NCBI RefSeq assembly: GCF_001194135.2
Contig: NC_068991.1
Location: 51,286,522 to 51,350,521, forward strand
DNA length: 64,000 bases
Source of the DNA: Octopus bimaculoides
Lineage: Eukaryota
Direction: 5' to 3'
Under the pieces are notes generated by a model, which saw only the letters and a program-made list of their open reading frames with translations, ran no database searches and had not been told where the DNA came from. Shown piece by piece: positions 1-12,873 of this stretch; the stretch's first letter is position 1, and each line of letters begins with the position of its first letter. The translations under genes and the position numbers were made by a program.

Positions 1-69
1 TAATAGTAATAAAACCATGTTTTATTTATGTCTTAGTAAATAATAATAAGAAACCAAGAATAAACAATA

Positions 70-840
70 TAATAATTAAAATAAGCATGTAAATCCCGTG
101 AGTTTGGCAGGCATGAGGTTCGCAATGTAAAGTTGGCAAAATTTCACCGTTTTACCCATTTCTTTGGGCTTCCTTCATTTCTTCAAAACAACAATGACAT
201 GGTGCAACATTTTCTTCTTCATATAAAAGGCCATTTCTTCTTACAAAAGCAACTGCCTTCATCTCATCGCTGATCACATTGTAAAAGTCTTTAGCCAACA
301 TTTGGGTTTTTAGAAATTGAAAAGTAAACTAAAAAGTAACCTAAAGTAATCTCCCTTTAAGTTGTAGATCACATGCCAAAGTAGCACCTTTTGTTGTATA
401 TTTCTTTGATGAATGGTGAACCATGATTGATCTTTAGAATAAATGGTGAAGTGTGATTGATCTCTAGAAGACTTCTGCCAAACCCACAAATTCCAGACAC
501 AGTGTAACTAGTTATTTTGTACTTTCACTCAAGATGAACTCATATCCTACTTCCTACTTCTTTTTACACTGAATTCCAATGTATATTAAATGCATTTCAA
601 TATTTCTGACAATAACATGAACCTGTTCAGAAGTAAACCCTATATTTCACTGGTGAACTGATGTGTATTTGTATACTAGTTGAAACATTAATGGGTTATG
701 GCCGCTCATTGCTACCTGGTCCATGTGACATGGCCTGTAACATGCCCTGTGACTGCCTGTAATGTATCCTGTGACGCGGCCTATCATTGCTACCTGACTC
801 ATCTCATTGGCTCAGTTCAGAAAGTAACTGTAAATAACTG
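70..840 (-). mobile_element. Probable Merlin (IS1016/ISXO2-like) DNA transposon relic: transposase N-terminus at 152-301 plus subterminal repeats
   Basis: Minus ORF 301->152 MLAKDFYNVISDEMKAVAFVRRNGLLYEEENVAPCHCCFEEMKEAQRNG*, continuing in frame NGEILPTLHCEPHACQTHG. This fits the Merlin F...DE..A..F....GLL...C..C...M....L.C....C zinc-ribbon start. Short direct repeats at 413-470 and 700-830. Confidence 0.55.
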
Positions 841-1102
841 CCATTGGCTGCTCAGATAATTGCTTGGAGACATAATCAACAGAACCTCTGTATAATTAGT
901 GAAGGATTTGTTAGCATGCAGTGCTAAGTTAAGTTCCTCTTATAGATAAAAAAAAAATGGTGACTAGAAATCACTCAACATTCACCTTTAAAATAGACTA
1001 CCTGATTGTCTTAGTTTAATTTATTACTGGGTCCATGCTTTGGATTTGATTCAAAACACATGGAATGTCTAATACATAGCAGTCTACCCCATAATATATT
1101 GA

Positions 1103-1310
1103 TTTTAAATTTTTGCACCAGGCCAGCAATTTCAGGAGAGTGGGTAAGTGAATCATATCAACCCCAGAACTCAACTGATATTTAATTTATTGACCCTGAA
1201 AGGACGAGAGGCAAAGTTGGTCTCAGTGGAATTTGAACTCAGAATATGAAGATGGATGAAATGCTGCTAAGAATTTTTAGCTGCTGTGCTAATGATTCTG
1301 CCAGTTCAAC
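1103..1310 (-). mobile_element. Family-A SINE copy
   Basis: gaccctgaaaggacgagaggcaaagttgg...ggaatttgaactcagaa is the reverse complement of the family-A core. Confidence 0.75.
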
Positions 1311-3848
1311 ATTCCATAATATATTAATCCTGCAAAGACATCCACTAGTGGGAAGATGGATATCTTCCTCATTTCTAAGGAACTCCCTGATCATGCTGAC
1401 AATGATGATGAAAGTGATGATGATGCTATTGTCTTGTATGTCACCTTATTGTCAATAAGAGGAGAACACATTGGAGCTTTATCCATCAGAAAAAGTGTAG
1501 GTGTGTGAGTGTGACAGTGTGTGAATATCAAAAGGTTAAATAGCTCAATAGCACATTCTGTTTTGCTGTTTATTACTCACATTCAGATCAGTGTTGAAAT
1601 CTACCCAACTATCTCTCTACTGACATGATAATCTGTTAGCTGGCTCCTGTTGTCTGCTTCCATTGACCAGTAAACCAGATCAAATTACTCACTCATCACA
1701 ATAATCCTTTGATCTATATTTGCTATAATAAATTGTCAGTCATGATGATCATGGTGGTGGTGGTGGTGGTAGCCTGCTTAAGTAAAGTATTCTGCACAGT
1801 GCAATTCGACCGGATTAAGAAACAGCAATATAGCCAGAGTTTGGCAAAATAGCCATTTATAACACATTTTAGGTCTTAGTATCTAGTCTAACCTGAATTG
1901 ATTAGTTCAGGGTTTATTTTGATTGTTTTAATGGCATTGAAGTCTGTATATATGTGTGTGTGTGTGTATTTCTGTTTTCATTGGCATTTGTTGTGTGTGT
2001 GTGTGTGTGTTTGTGTTATCTATCTGTTGTGTGTATTTATATGAGTGTATGTTTTGTTTTGTGAATTGTTTGTGTAGTTGAGTTTATTTTTGAATAACAC
2101 TCATTAATTTATAACACAGACACATCTGAAAGGTTAAGAAGTTTATTTCGTAATTATGGAGTTGTGCTGGGTTTGATCCTACTGCATCACAATTTGGGCT
2201 AGTAATTTCTCTCATTGTCTTGAGTCGACCTACGCCTTGTGAGCAAAATTGTGGAGATGGAAACTGTCTGGAAGCCCACCAAATAGGTCGTACACTATGT
2301 CATGCTGTATTTGCTTGAGAATTACAATAAGATTGTATCTGTCTGTGGAGCACTCAGTCACTTAATGCTAATGCGATAAACTGACAGCTCAGTTGATAAA
2401 GCAATTGGTAAGCTTATCATCAAAACTGACGGATATTTTTTTACCGTTTCTGTGTGTGTGTGTGTTTGTTTTTATGCCTGATTGTGTGTTTTTCTGATTC
2501 TAAATGTGTATGTGCATGTATAGAAGTGTGTAAAGTGCTGATTAAAATGTGTGTACAATTAAACAACTAAATATAAACTGGGAACGACATAATCTATTTA
2601 GAAAGGTGTGTGTAAAATAAATATCTGCAGGATAGTCCAGATTCAGAGAGCTTAAAGTTTCATGTGTTACATGTTCAATCATCAGTGGAGGAAAAGAAGT
2701 TATATAATTACACATATCCAATGTATAATGCAAATTCAGTGACAGTCAAGTCGGTCTGCATCAGATATAATTACAAGTAAAATCAATATTTTGGACTGTG
2801 GTTCATCAGGAACAACCCCCACCCCCACCCCACCCCACCCAAAAAAGATCAAAGAGGGTTACATGTAAAGCAGACAAAGCAAAAAAAAAAACCAAAACAT
2901 GGTGAATAAAGACTGAAGGTGAGAAAGGGCAACATATGTAGGTCATTAGGTGGGTGTGGGTATGTGTGTATATGGAAGTATGTGAGCATTTTATGTGAGT
3001 ATAGGTGTGTGTGTGTGTGTGTATAAATATATATATATGTTGATAGGTAGATAGGTAGATAAACACACAGACAAACAAACAGATACACAGTTGTCATCAT
3101 CATTTTGATATTCACTTTTCCATGCTTGCATGGATCAGACAGAATTTGTTGAACCAGATTTTCTGTGACTGGATGCTCTTCCTGTCACTAACCCACGTCT
3201 GTTTCCAAGTAAGGAAATATTTCCCTCTGGCCATACATATTTTTCATAGAAGACAAGAAATGAGCAACCCTCTCACACACATGCACACAACAGGTTTTCC
3301 TTTCAGTTTCCATCTACCAAATCTACTCTCAAGGCTTTGATTGGCTTGCAGCTATAAATGAAGATACTTACTCAAGGTGCTCTACATTGGGACTAAACCA
3401 CAAGCCAGATGGTTGAGAAGTAAGCTTCTTAACCACGCAGCCATGCTTGTGCCTAAGCCCCAGATCATACACACATCTGTACCCACTCACATAACATGTT
3501 CATACAAACACATTCCCTTATACATATACACACACACTCACTTACACACATATGCACACACATACATAACTCTCCCCACTTCTCACTTAATTCCCTTCCC
3601 TATTCACTCTTCTGACTACCAAACACCATTCAGCCCACATTCCCTCTTTCACTCCTATTCTTTATTCTTCCACCATGTTATTTTTGTTTTGACAGCTTTG
3701 TACTTAAAACTTCTTTTCTTGTTTTTTGTGTCCCTACTGTTTTTGTTCTTGTCAAAAGACCACTGTCTGAAACGTTGAATTTTCCTCACAACATAATTAT
3801 ATACTTTCTATTCCTGCTCATTGTTTTGTTGTTTTACCAGGAGACATT

Positions 3849-3925
3849 TTGGATATTTAATATATAGTAGTACAATGTTGGATATCTAATATATAATAGT
3901 ATGATGTTGGATATCTAATTTATAA
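3849..3925. repeat. 29-bp tandem repeat (ttggatatctaatatataatagtatgatg), about 2.6 copies
   Basis: Directly visible at 3849, 3878, 3907. Confidence 0.75.
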
Positions 3926-4559
3926 TATCTAGTATATGATTTTCATAAAAGAAATGAAATACAAGAGAATAAGCAGAATGACCAAAACTTAATGTAATGT
4001 ATGCATACTGACAATATCTCAGATATTTTATGTTCATTTACAAAAATGTAAATGAATTACCACTATAAAATGTTCTACTTTGTGAAGAAGAGACTAAATA
4101 TTAAATAATATATTGTAATATATACAATATATCTGTTTGATATAGGAATGTATACAATATAGCATATTCATATAGGAATTCTTTTACTTATTTCAATCTT
4201 CAAATCTGAGACACTACCCAGGGTTTTAGTCAATGAAATCAACCTCAGTACTTTATTATTATTTTTTTTTAAAGTCTTGTACTTATTCTTTTGGTCTCTT
4301 TTTGCTAAACACACAGGATGAGGTTCCATGTAGCTTCCAGCTACCAAATTCACTCTCAATACATTGGTTAGACCCTGACCCAAACAGTTCTTAAACTGAC
4401 AAAAAGATTCTTACCAAAAAATATTTAATGAAATCCTCCTTCTCCTCTGTATTATGAAGACAACATGAAATTTACATCCATTTAATGATTCTTCTTTCTT
4501 TACTCTTTACTACAATGTTGACAAGTTTAAAAAGTTGATAAGCATCTTAATTTTATTAA

Positions 4560-4779
4560 CCCTTTCATTACTGTATCTATTTTGTGATGCTCTGTGTTTC
4601 TTTCAATTACTTTAAATATAACAAAGAATTTAGTAAAATAACTTAGTTATCATTCAGCTAGTGTTAGGAGCATAAACTGTGACTAAGGTTTGATGGAAGA
4701 TTTTAGTTCAAAACTTAAGGAAACATGACATTTGTACTCAGAGCCAGAGCTGGTTTCAGCCAGGTTGGTAACAAAAGGG
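4560..4779. mobile_element. piggyBac-type MITE (220 bp), copy 1
   Basis: TTAA TSD at 4556-4559 and 4780-4783; TIRs CCCTTTCATTAC / GTAACAAAAGGG. Confidence 0.8.
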
Positions 4780-6416
4780 TTAAACAAACCAATTTATCTT
4801 CTCCCTTTTCAAATCTCACCAGTGCCATCTGGGGGGATTCTTGAAGAGGGGTCGGATCCCTTCACTCACAAGAAGAATTCCTTCCTATCCGATCAAACAT
4901 CATTGCTACTGAAAATAAAGCAAAGAAGATCAAATCTCCATGTCTAGTTTAAACAGATCACATCTTGATAATGAGATTGTAGCTTTTCCATTATCCAGCT
5001 ACCACTAAATCCATAGGGTCTTTCTTTGTATTATTCTACGAGCATAGTAACTGAAATATTGTAGAACCATGCCTATACAAATATGTATGGCTTGGTATGT
5101 AAATGGTAATTTTCCAACAACCTCTGTTACATACCAACACCTCCTTTTATTCTTCACACTTTCACCTGTTTCAGTCATTGGACTGTGACCTGGCTGAATC
5201 ATTCACTACTTTGGGATTTGCACAAAAAATGCACACACACACACACACACACATCTATAGAAAGATATATATATATATATACTTATCCAGAAACATAAAA
5301 ACATCAACACAAATACAATCACACCAATACATATGACAGTATTTGAACTGATAACACAGAAGCTGTTAGCCATGGGTCTTAGTAATAACATTACTTCTCG
5401 CCACATCCATTGTGAACCAGACGAACAAATCAATCCTCTATAGATTTATCAAACAGTCTATTATACATTTGATAACCATATTATCTGTCCACTGAATGTA
5501 GATGTATATAGTTCTGATAAATTGCTTCAATATTTAATGCTGATATACTTAAGTCAGACATAAAGTTTTTGTCATACTTTTGTAATTTTTGTTTTCCAAA
5601 TTCTCATTATCAAACAAGAATTACATTTAATTTCCATGGAATTAAAATTTAAAGTTGAATTGATATTTGTTGTTCAAAAAGTTATTTGCTGTGATTTTTT
5701 TCTTTAACTAAAAACATTTAGTGTTGACATCTAAGAAACTCATCCTGGGAGACATTTTGAGATTAGTTGTAAACTTATAAATGTCTGCTTGACTTAGTAA
5801 AATGTCTGACTGTAGTTTGCAAAATCTCACTTTATCTATTTTGTATTTTCTCTCAAATACACTTCATGACTGCCAGAATTCTCACTGGTTTAGGGCTTAA
5901 TCTTCTAACTTAATGTTTGTTTTCATGAGTCATTAAGAATATATGAAACTTAGTGTTACTTTATTGAAATTTATAGAAAAGTAAAATAGTGAATTTTTAC
6001 AAAAAGTGCCAAAATTTCAGCCTGGAAGTATGAAACCCCCAAACAAATACTGACATATTTCAAGAACTAACTCATTAAATTGTAGCTGAAGAATATATGC
6101 AGAAGTTTGCCATATGTTTGTGTATGTCATTCTTTTACTGATATACATCAATAAAGATTGTAAACATAAGCAAGGAAACCAAAAATCTGCTGCTTTAGAA
6201 ATGATGTCTTTTGCAATATTGCTTTCGCACAGACTTAGCTGAAGAGTATGCTTTTTTTTTTTTTATAATTTTTAAGAAATATTGGTCTATGTCAAAATTG
6301 CAATCTTCATTACAAGAAACCTTGCAATTGATTCAATACTGAATCTTCCATTTCAATACAAGCTTGCCCAGTTTCATTATATTTATAAATACATACTTAC
6401 ATATTTTGTTTAGGCA

Positions 6417-6762
6417 TTACTCTTTTACTTGTTTCAGTCATTTGACTGCGGCCATGCTGGAGCACCGCCTTTAGTCGAGCAAATCGATCCCAGGACTTAT
6501 TCTTTGGAAGCCTAGTACTTATTCTATCGGTCTCTNNNNNNNNNNNNNNNNNNNNNNNNNNNNNNNNNNNNNNNNNNNTATATATATATACACATATATA
6601 CAACGGGCTTCTTTTCAGTTTCCATCTACCAAATCCACTCACAAGGCTTTGGTCAGCCTGAGGCTATAGTAGACGACACTTGCCCAAGGTGCCATGCAGT
6701 GGGACTGAACCCAGAACCATGTGGTTGTTAAGCAAGCTACTTACCACACAGCCACTCCTGCA
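6417..6762 (-). mobile_element. Family-B SINE copy (spans an N-gap)
   Basis: Same body and head as 48581-48964. Confidence 0.85.
6536..6578. other. Assembly gap (43 N)
   Basis: N run inside a family-B SINE, abutting (TA)n. Confidence 1.
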
Positions 6763-6789
6763 CCCATTTATGCACACTTATGCATACTT

Positions 6790-6841
<52 letters not shown>

Positions 6842-7226
6842 ATTTGCACATGCACACCTATGTATGTGTGTATGTGTGTCTAATCAGAGGAATAAATATT
6901 TATAAATTCAGCACATGGAACACAGTTACTTTGTTCCTGTTGAGAATGATTGCACAGCTCTTAAACAAAACCGTTTTCCAGATAGAGAACCTAGACACAT
7001 TATTTTACTAATAAAACTGTAGAATTCACAGAAATATTTCAAAGCCTGTGTTAGTCTTTCTAATCTCCCTATCTTACAATACCAATAAACATTTAATCTT
7101 TCTCCAATGAAATTTCTGCTTTAAGCATTAGGTACGTTTTCTTCCTCACAGCTCCATTGCTTAATTTCTTTATTTTCTTCATCCTTTTAACTGACACAAA
7201 AACATCTATTTTAGAACTGATGTTAT

Positions 7227-7269
<43 letters not shown>

Positions 7270-7497
7270 ATGTGTGCACACACTGACTTCTTTAGTGACA
7301 TTTGCTGAGCATTGAATTTGGGACTCCCTGGTTACTGTCACTGCCAGAAATACAGTGAACAGGGAATGGCCCATTGGAAAGCTTATATCCAAAGACACTA
7401 TTCTTCACAAAATGCAATATAAAATAGATAGAAAAAAAAACTGCCTAATAATGTTATATTGAAACTAATAATGTTACTAATTTGCTTTGTTGTACAG

Positions 7498-7625
7498 AGT
7501 ATATATATATATACACATGCCTATATATATATATATATATATATGTGTGTATGTATGTATTTATATATACATGCACATATACATACATACATATATATAT
7601 ATATATACACACACACACAAATATA

Positions 7626-7676
<51 letters not shown>

Positions 7677-7880
7677 CTATGCATATATATACACATATAT
7701 ATACACACGCACACATATATACATATATATACATATATGTACATACATATACATACATACATATACATACATACATATATATATACATACATACACACAC
7801 ACACACACATATATCACACTTTGTGAATGTGTGTGTGCACATGCACACACACACACATTTGTGTATGTATACACACACAG
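7498..7880. repeat. Compound (TA)n/(CA)n/(TACA)n microsatellite just upstream of exon 1
   Basis: Directly visible; source of the YIYI/HTHT pseudo-ORFs. Confidence 0.95.
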
Positions 7881-7977
7881 ATACTTGTATATACTTGTGT
7901 CTGTTGTATGCATTTTCTATTGTGAATTTGATTTTGTTGAGATATTCATTCTGGTCTGTTTTTGTTCCTTTCACCAG

Positions 7978-8091
7978 GATCTCCTCTCCAAGGATGAAAT
8001 GCTTCGCTACAATAAAACTGGAAGCATCACAACATCACATATCCATCTCCATGATGCTGACAATATTCAGTTGGCATGTACTTTATTTAAG
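7978..8091 (+). CDS. Exon 1 (in window): pre-/N-terminal MyTH4, [38 protein letters not shown]
   Basis: Acceptor tttgttcctttcaccAG, donor AAG|GTAAGA; 114 nt, phase 0/0. Joins exon 2 to give [15 protein letters not shown], matching the MyTH4 A..IF..I.KYMGD helix. Confidence 0.85.
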
Positions 8092-8214
8092 GTAAGATTA
8101 TTTACTTTCAAACTGGATTCACTCAATATATAAACTTTTCAAAGACCACTAATTGCAAGAATTTTGTTATCATCATAATCATCCTCATCCTCATCATCAT
8201 TATCATCACCATTA

Positions 8215-8264
<50 letters not shown>

Positions 8265-10905
8265 TAGTCTTATTTTTATCGCATGTTTTCACTGCACTAC
8301 CAAGCACAGCTCTGTATGCCTTGGGTATTATTATCATCATCATTTGAATCATTAGCACGCTGGATAAAATGCTTAGCAATATTTCTTCTGTTCTCACGTT
8401 CTGAGTTCAAATTCCTCCAAAGTCAACTTTACCTTTCATCCTTTCAGGGTTGATAAAATAAGCATCAGTTGAATACAAGGGTCAATGTATCATTATTATT
8501 ATTATTGAGTGAGAGAGCAGTGCATGTGGTATTGAGCAGAATATTTGCTGTAGCCCATCTTCTATACCAAGACAAAACACTGTACATGATTACACTTCCA
8601 ATCAATTTAGATCAAAAGCCATGATAGCCACTGCCTAGTATCATCATCATCATCATTATCATTTATGGTTTCCATTCATTATAACTTTATTTCAGTTGCC
8701 TTAGTACTGGTCATCTTCTGGAGGACAAGAGTAGCAAGGGCACTTTTGTTTTGCTATGCATGCTAAAATTATCACCACATTAATTCATCTTAAATGGAGA
8801 GTGTTCTCTGTAGTATATGTGCTGTACCCATCAAGGTTATCTTTTGTAGTTCATGGAGATTGTAGTTACCAGGGAGTTGCTTAATATACTTCTCAGCTCC
8901 CTTCCTTATCATTCCTATGCACCAATTACAACTGGTAATATAATAGTATTAAGCTTCCACATTTTTGTGATTTCAATTTGCATATCTTTATAGTAAGAAA
9001 GCTTTTCCTATTCCTTTCTCAAGACATTTTGATCTTGTGGGATAGACATATCTTTTAACAGACAAGTTCCTCTGTTATAGTCCTTGATCACAATGTCTGG
9101 TTGATTGGAATCAATTTTTCTGTCTGTTTGGGGGCCCAATTAGAACTTTCTTCAGGTCAAGCAGCCCATTGTGCTCAAAAGATCTCTGAATAAAGTTTGT
9201 TTAAGGATGATAAATGAAACATCCATGTATCCAGAGGTGAATTATTCAAACCCCAAAGAATTCCTCACAACACATGGCTATGATACCCCCCCCCCCACAC
9301 TTCTCCTGCTCATGATCAGAGATGCACATATTGTTAGCCATGAAGTGACAAGCTCAACTGGTTAAGATAAAGATACTGACAAGTAAGTCTGTGGTATTGA
9401 GCAGAATATTTGTTATAGCCCATCTTTTTATACCAAGAAAAAACATGTACAGGATAACACTTTCAATTAATTAAGATCAGAAGCCATGAAACCCAGCGTC
9501 TGATACTGCAACAGGGCATATGGCCTTATTATTATTATTATTTATATTTTTAGGGTCAGTGGTATCAATTAACTCCCTCTCCTTTTGGTATCAATAAAAT
9601 GAGTACCAGTTGAGCCCTTGGGTCAATGTAATCAACTAGCTCTCTCCTCACAAAATTTCAGGCCTTGTGCTTATTGGAGAAAGGATTATTATTGTTGTTA
9701 TTGGCTCTCAAAAGGAACAATCAATTCTTTTTTATTGATTTTTAATCATAGATCTACTAAATCAAAGCTGATTAAGAGCTAAACAACTTAATTAGTCAAA
9801 TTATTTTGGCCAAAATTTACATCAATTAAAATTTAAATGGAGACATGCAAAAGGATTTGATCTTCATCTTTGGTACTTATTGTTAATAGGAATTATCTCT
9901 CTTTCATTATGGCTGCTAGCAGAAATGCTACCCTCTTTTACAGCTTTTTGCTAGTATATGTTGAATAAAAAAAATTCTAATGTGTAAATAACTTGTGCAT
10001 TTTATATCTTACACATTTGTATGTAACTGAATGAACTTGAAGTATAAAATTTCTATGTAACTTTGATATGATAAATATAATGTGAAAATTTTCATAAATA
10101 TTCTCAAAGTATCTCAAAGAAAAACTTTATAATCATGTATTTTTAATGAATTGAATAGTTAATTGAGAAAGAGCGAGAGAGTATTGCAAGGAAAAAAACT
10201 GAACCAAAGAATAAGAGAGAAAGGTTATAAGAATAGAGAAACAGAAAGACTAAGAGAAATAGAAGTGACAAATAAAGAAATGGAAAGAGAAAGAGAGAGA
10301 AGGGAGTAAGACATTAAAAACAATATTTCACAGAAGATTTTATCTTGTAGTGAATTAAAATTGAATCCTATATTTAAAATCTTCCATAATACAAGGAGCT
10401 TGAAAACCACATTTCAAGAATTTTTTTACACAATGTAGACTTTAATTATTACTTTTTCTTTTAGTCAATGTGCATACTTCTAACTAATTAATAAACAGCT
10501 TTCGTCATTATTTTATAGAGAATTCCAATGATTAACAATTTTTTTCCTCACTACATTATGTTAACATGTATGTGACTGTGTATTCTTGAAGTAAAAGCAT
10601 CCTTGAGAAATTTTCTAGCCCGTTTTCAGTCACCTCTACTTCTTATTGTTGAAACTCTGTAAAGCAGTTGGCATTAGGAAAGGCAATCAGCCATAAAGAC
10701 CACACCAAAGCAGGTCTCACCAGTGCTGGGGCCATGTGAGAAGCATCCAGTCCACTCTGCAAAGTGGTTGGCATTAGGAAGGGTATCCAACCATAAAAAC
10801 CATGCCAAAACAGACTGTGGAACTTGGTGCAGTACTTTGGCTTTCAGGCTCTGTCAAGCAACCCAATCCATGGCAGCATGGAAAATGGACATTAAATGAT
10901 AATGA

Positions 10906-10936
<31 letters not shown>

Positions 10937-12822
10937 CAACTTCAGTTCTTCACATATATGTTCTCTTTCAATCGATCACATCATCATACAATACCTATAC
11001 ACCATTCTCTGTTTGAAATAGTTTAAAATGTTTTCCTAATATTTCAAATGATGCTCAGTCTCCTTCAATCTCATAGCCACATTGAACTATGTTTCATTTG
11101 TCAAGCCAATAAAGGAACCTTGAGGGAGTTGCTCAACCTTCTAGAAATTGCAATTAAGTTTACCTTGTCACGCACTACTGTCTTAAAAAATATGGAGGTG
11201 ACATTAAGTAGTATTAGATATAGTGAATAAAAGACAAGATGGTCACAGTTGGAATATTTTTGATCATAGGCTTGTCTGCTTTATCACTTCTATCCTGGGG
11301 TTAAATAAACAAAATCCACTGTTTTGTGGTTTATTTAGCTGAACAAATAAAGAAAATGTTCCACTTGTTAATATCATGATAGAAAAGAAAGCAACCTCTC
11401 TCTCCCTCCCTCTCTGTCTCTCTCCCTCCCTCTCTGTCCCTCTCCCTCCCTCTCTTTATATATAATGTTTGTAGGGAGGGGATATGGTTTATGATTTTTC
11501 TTGGGGAAGATGAAGGTAGTTGCCTTCTGTCAGTTCATTTAAAGTTTACCCTGTTAGTTTCCTGTTCTCCCGAGCTTACTCTTCATCCACAAGTTCTGTT
11601 TAACCTTTAGGGAAGGGAGATAATTCACATGATATCAGGATATGTCTACACACCTGTGGACTTACGTGATAGGTGCACAGGGCCAAGTCCACCTTTGAAT
11701 TCTGTACATATCAGTCACAACCTAATTGTTTTATTGTACATGATGATCTTTAGGTTTTTTTAACCCAAACCCTTGAACACCTTATCAGCTGGGTGGAGAA
11801 AATTAACCCAATAAGTCATGCAGGAACAAGAAGAGATAGAAGTATGTATAATGCATGAAGAAGAAGAAAAAATATTCCAATGATTAGAGAAGAGAAACTA
11901 CTAACTTCACACAATATTTTGTCATTTATTTTACCTTTACTTTGCATTGCTTCGCTGCTTTTATTTGTATCCCCCAGTAATGAAACCTGAAGCCTTGTTC
12001 TGGGAAAGGTGTCTGTGTGTCCCCACACCTCCTTGGTCCATGAACTCCATAAACTGTCCTTTGAATGAAGAACTTTCCTTTCATCAAAACACTTTCTATT
12101 CATCAATAACTTCTCATTTTCTGTAAAAGCTTTTTTTTTTTCATGTTATTTTGTCCTTTTCTGTTTTAACACTAAATCTATAGTTTTGGAATAGCATATC
12201 AATAAACCTCTTTAATACCTTGAGCAGATCAATCACTCAATAATGTTTGAAAAAGTTGGCTGAACTTAAATGGAGATAGAAAAATATAATTGATGTAATT
12301 TCTTAGTTTGTCTCCAACCAAAATAATTGGTTAGTTAAAGACAAAGCATGGGAAAAGTGTCTTGTGATGCTGCTTGTTAGGAAATCAAAGATTTATTCCT
12401 TCATAATTGAAATTTCTGGTCAATAGTCATGGCAACCACAACAGTAATAAGTACAACAACAAAACAATGATGATAATGATAATGATAAAGATAATGATAA
12501 TGACAATAATTTTTGACATTAATAATGATCTGATGATAAAAATTATAATTCTAATCACAAATAATGTTGGTAACATTAAGAAAATATGTTTAACAATATT
12601 TATTTCTTGTTGGTTTGGAATCATTGAAAGGAAATGGAATATTCCATCAAAATATTGGAAAATTACTGTGCTGTGAATCAGGTGCTATAGAAAACTGTAC
12701 AAGGTGAAATGATTGAATTTGACATACTTTTATTATTGAAAAGTTTTTGCTGAACACGAGAATATGTTGGCAAGGGATTTTCATTGACGTCAGAGAGGTT
12801 GTTTCCCTATATGGAAAAAATG

Positions 12823-12873
<51 letters not shown>

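Noticed and set aside
2631-2776. Candidate upstream exon (CAG|DSPDSESLKFHVLHVQSSVEEKK...YNY|GTAAAA)
   Set aside because: Purine-rich acceptor, weak donor, ends in phase 2 whereas exon 1 needs phase 0, and no recognisable domain.
5333-5443. Short ORF MTVFELITQKLLAMGLSNNITSRHIHCEPDEQINPL, faintly like exon 1 ([10 protein letters not shown])
   Set aside because: No acceptor or donor context; similarity limited to a few residues and likely chance.
7454-8133. Long ORFs rich in YI/HT/CV dipeptides (also at 2806-3115, 16355-16837, 48992-49479, 50194-51131, etc.)
   Set aside because: Translations of (TA)n/(CA)n/(TG)n microsatellites. Only 7978-8091 within them is a real exon.
11816-12106. Minus ORF with DERK and WTKEVW words, suggesting a Tc1-like transposase
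   Set aside because: Motif spacing does not fit a DDE core and there are no TIRs; too weak to call.
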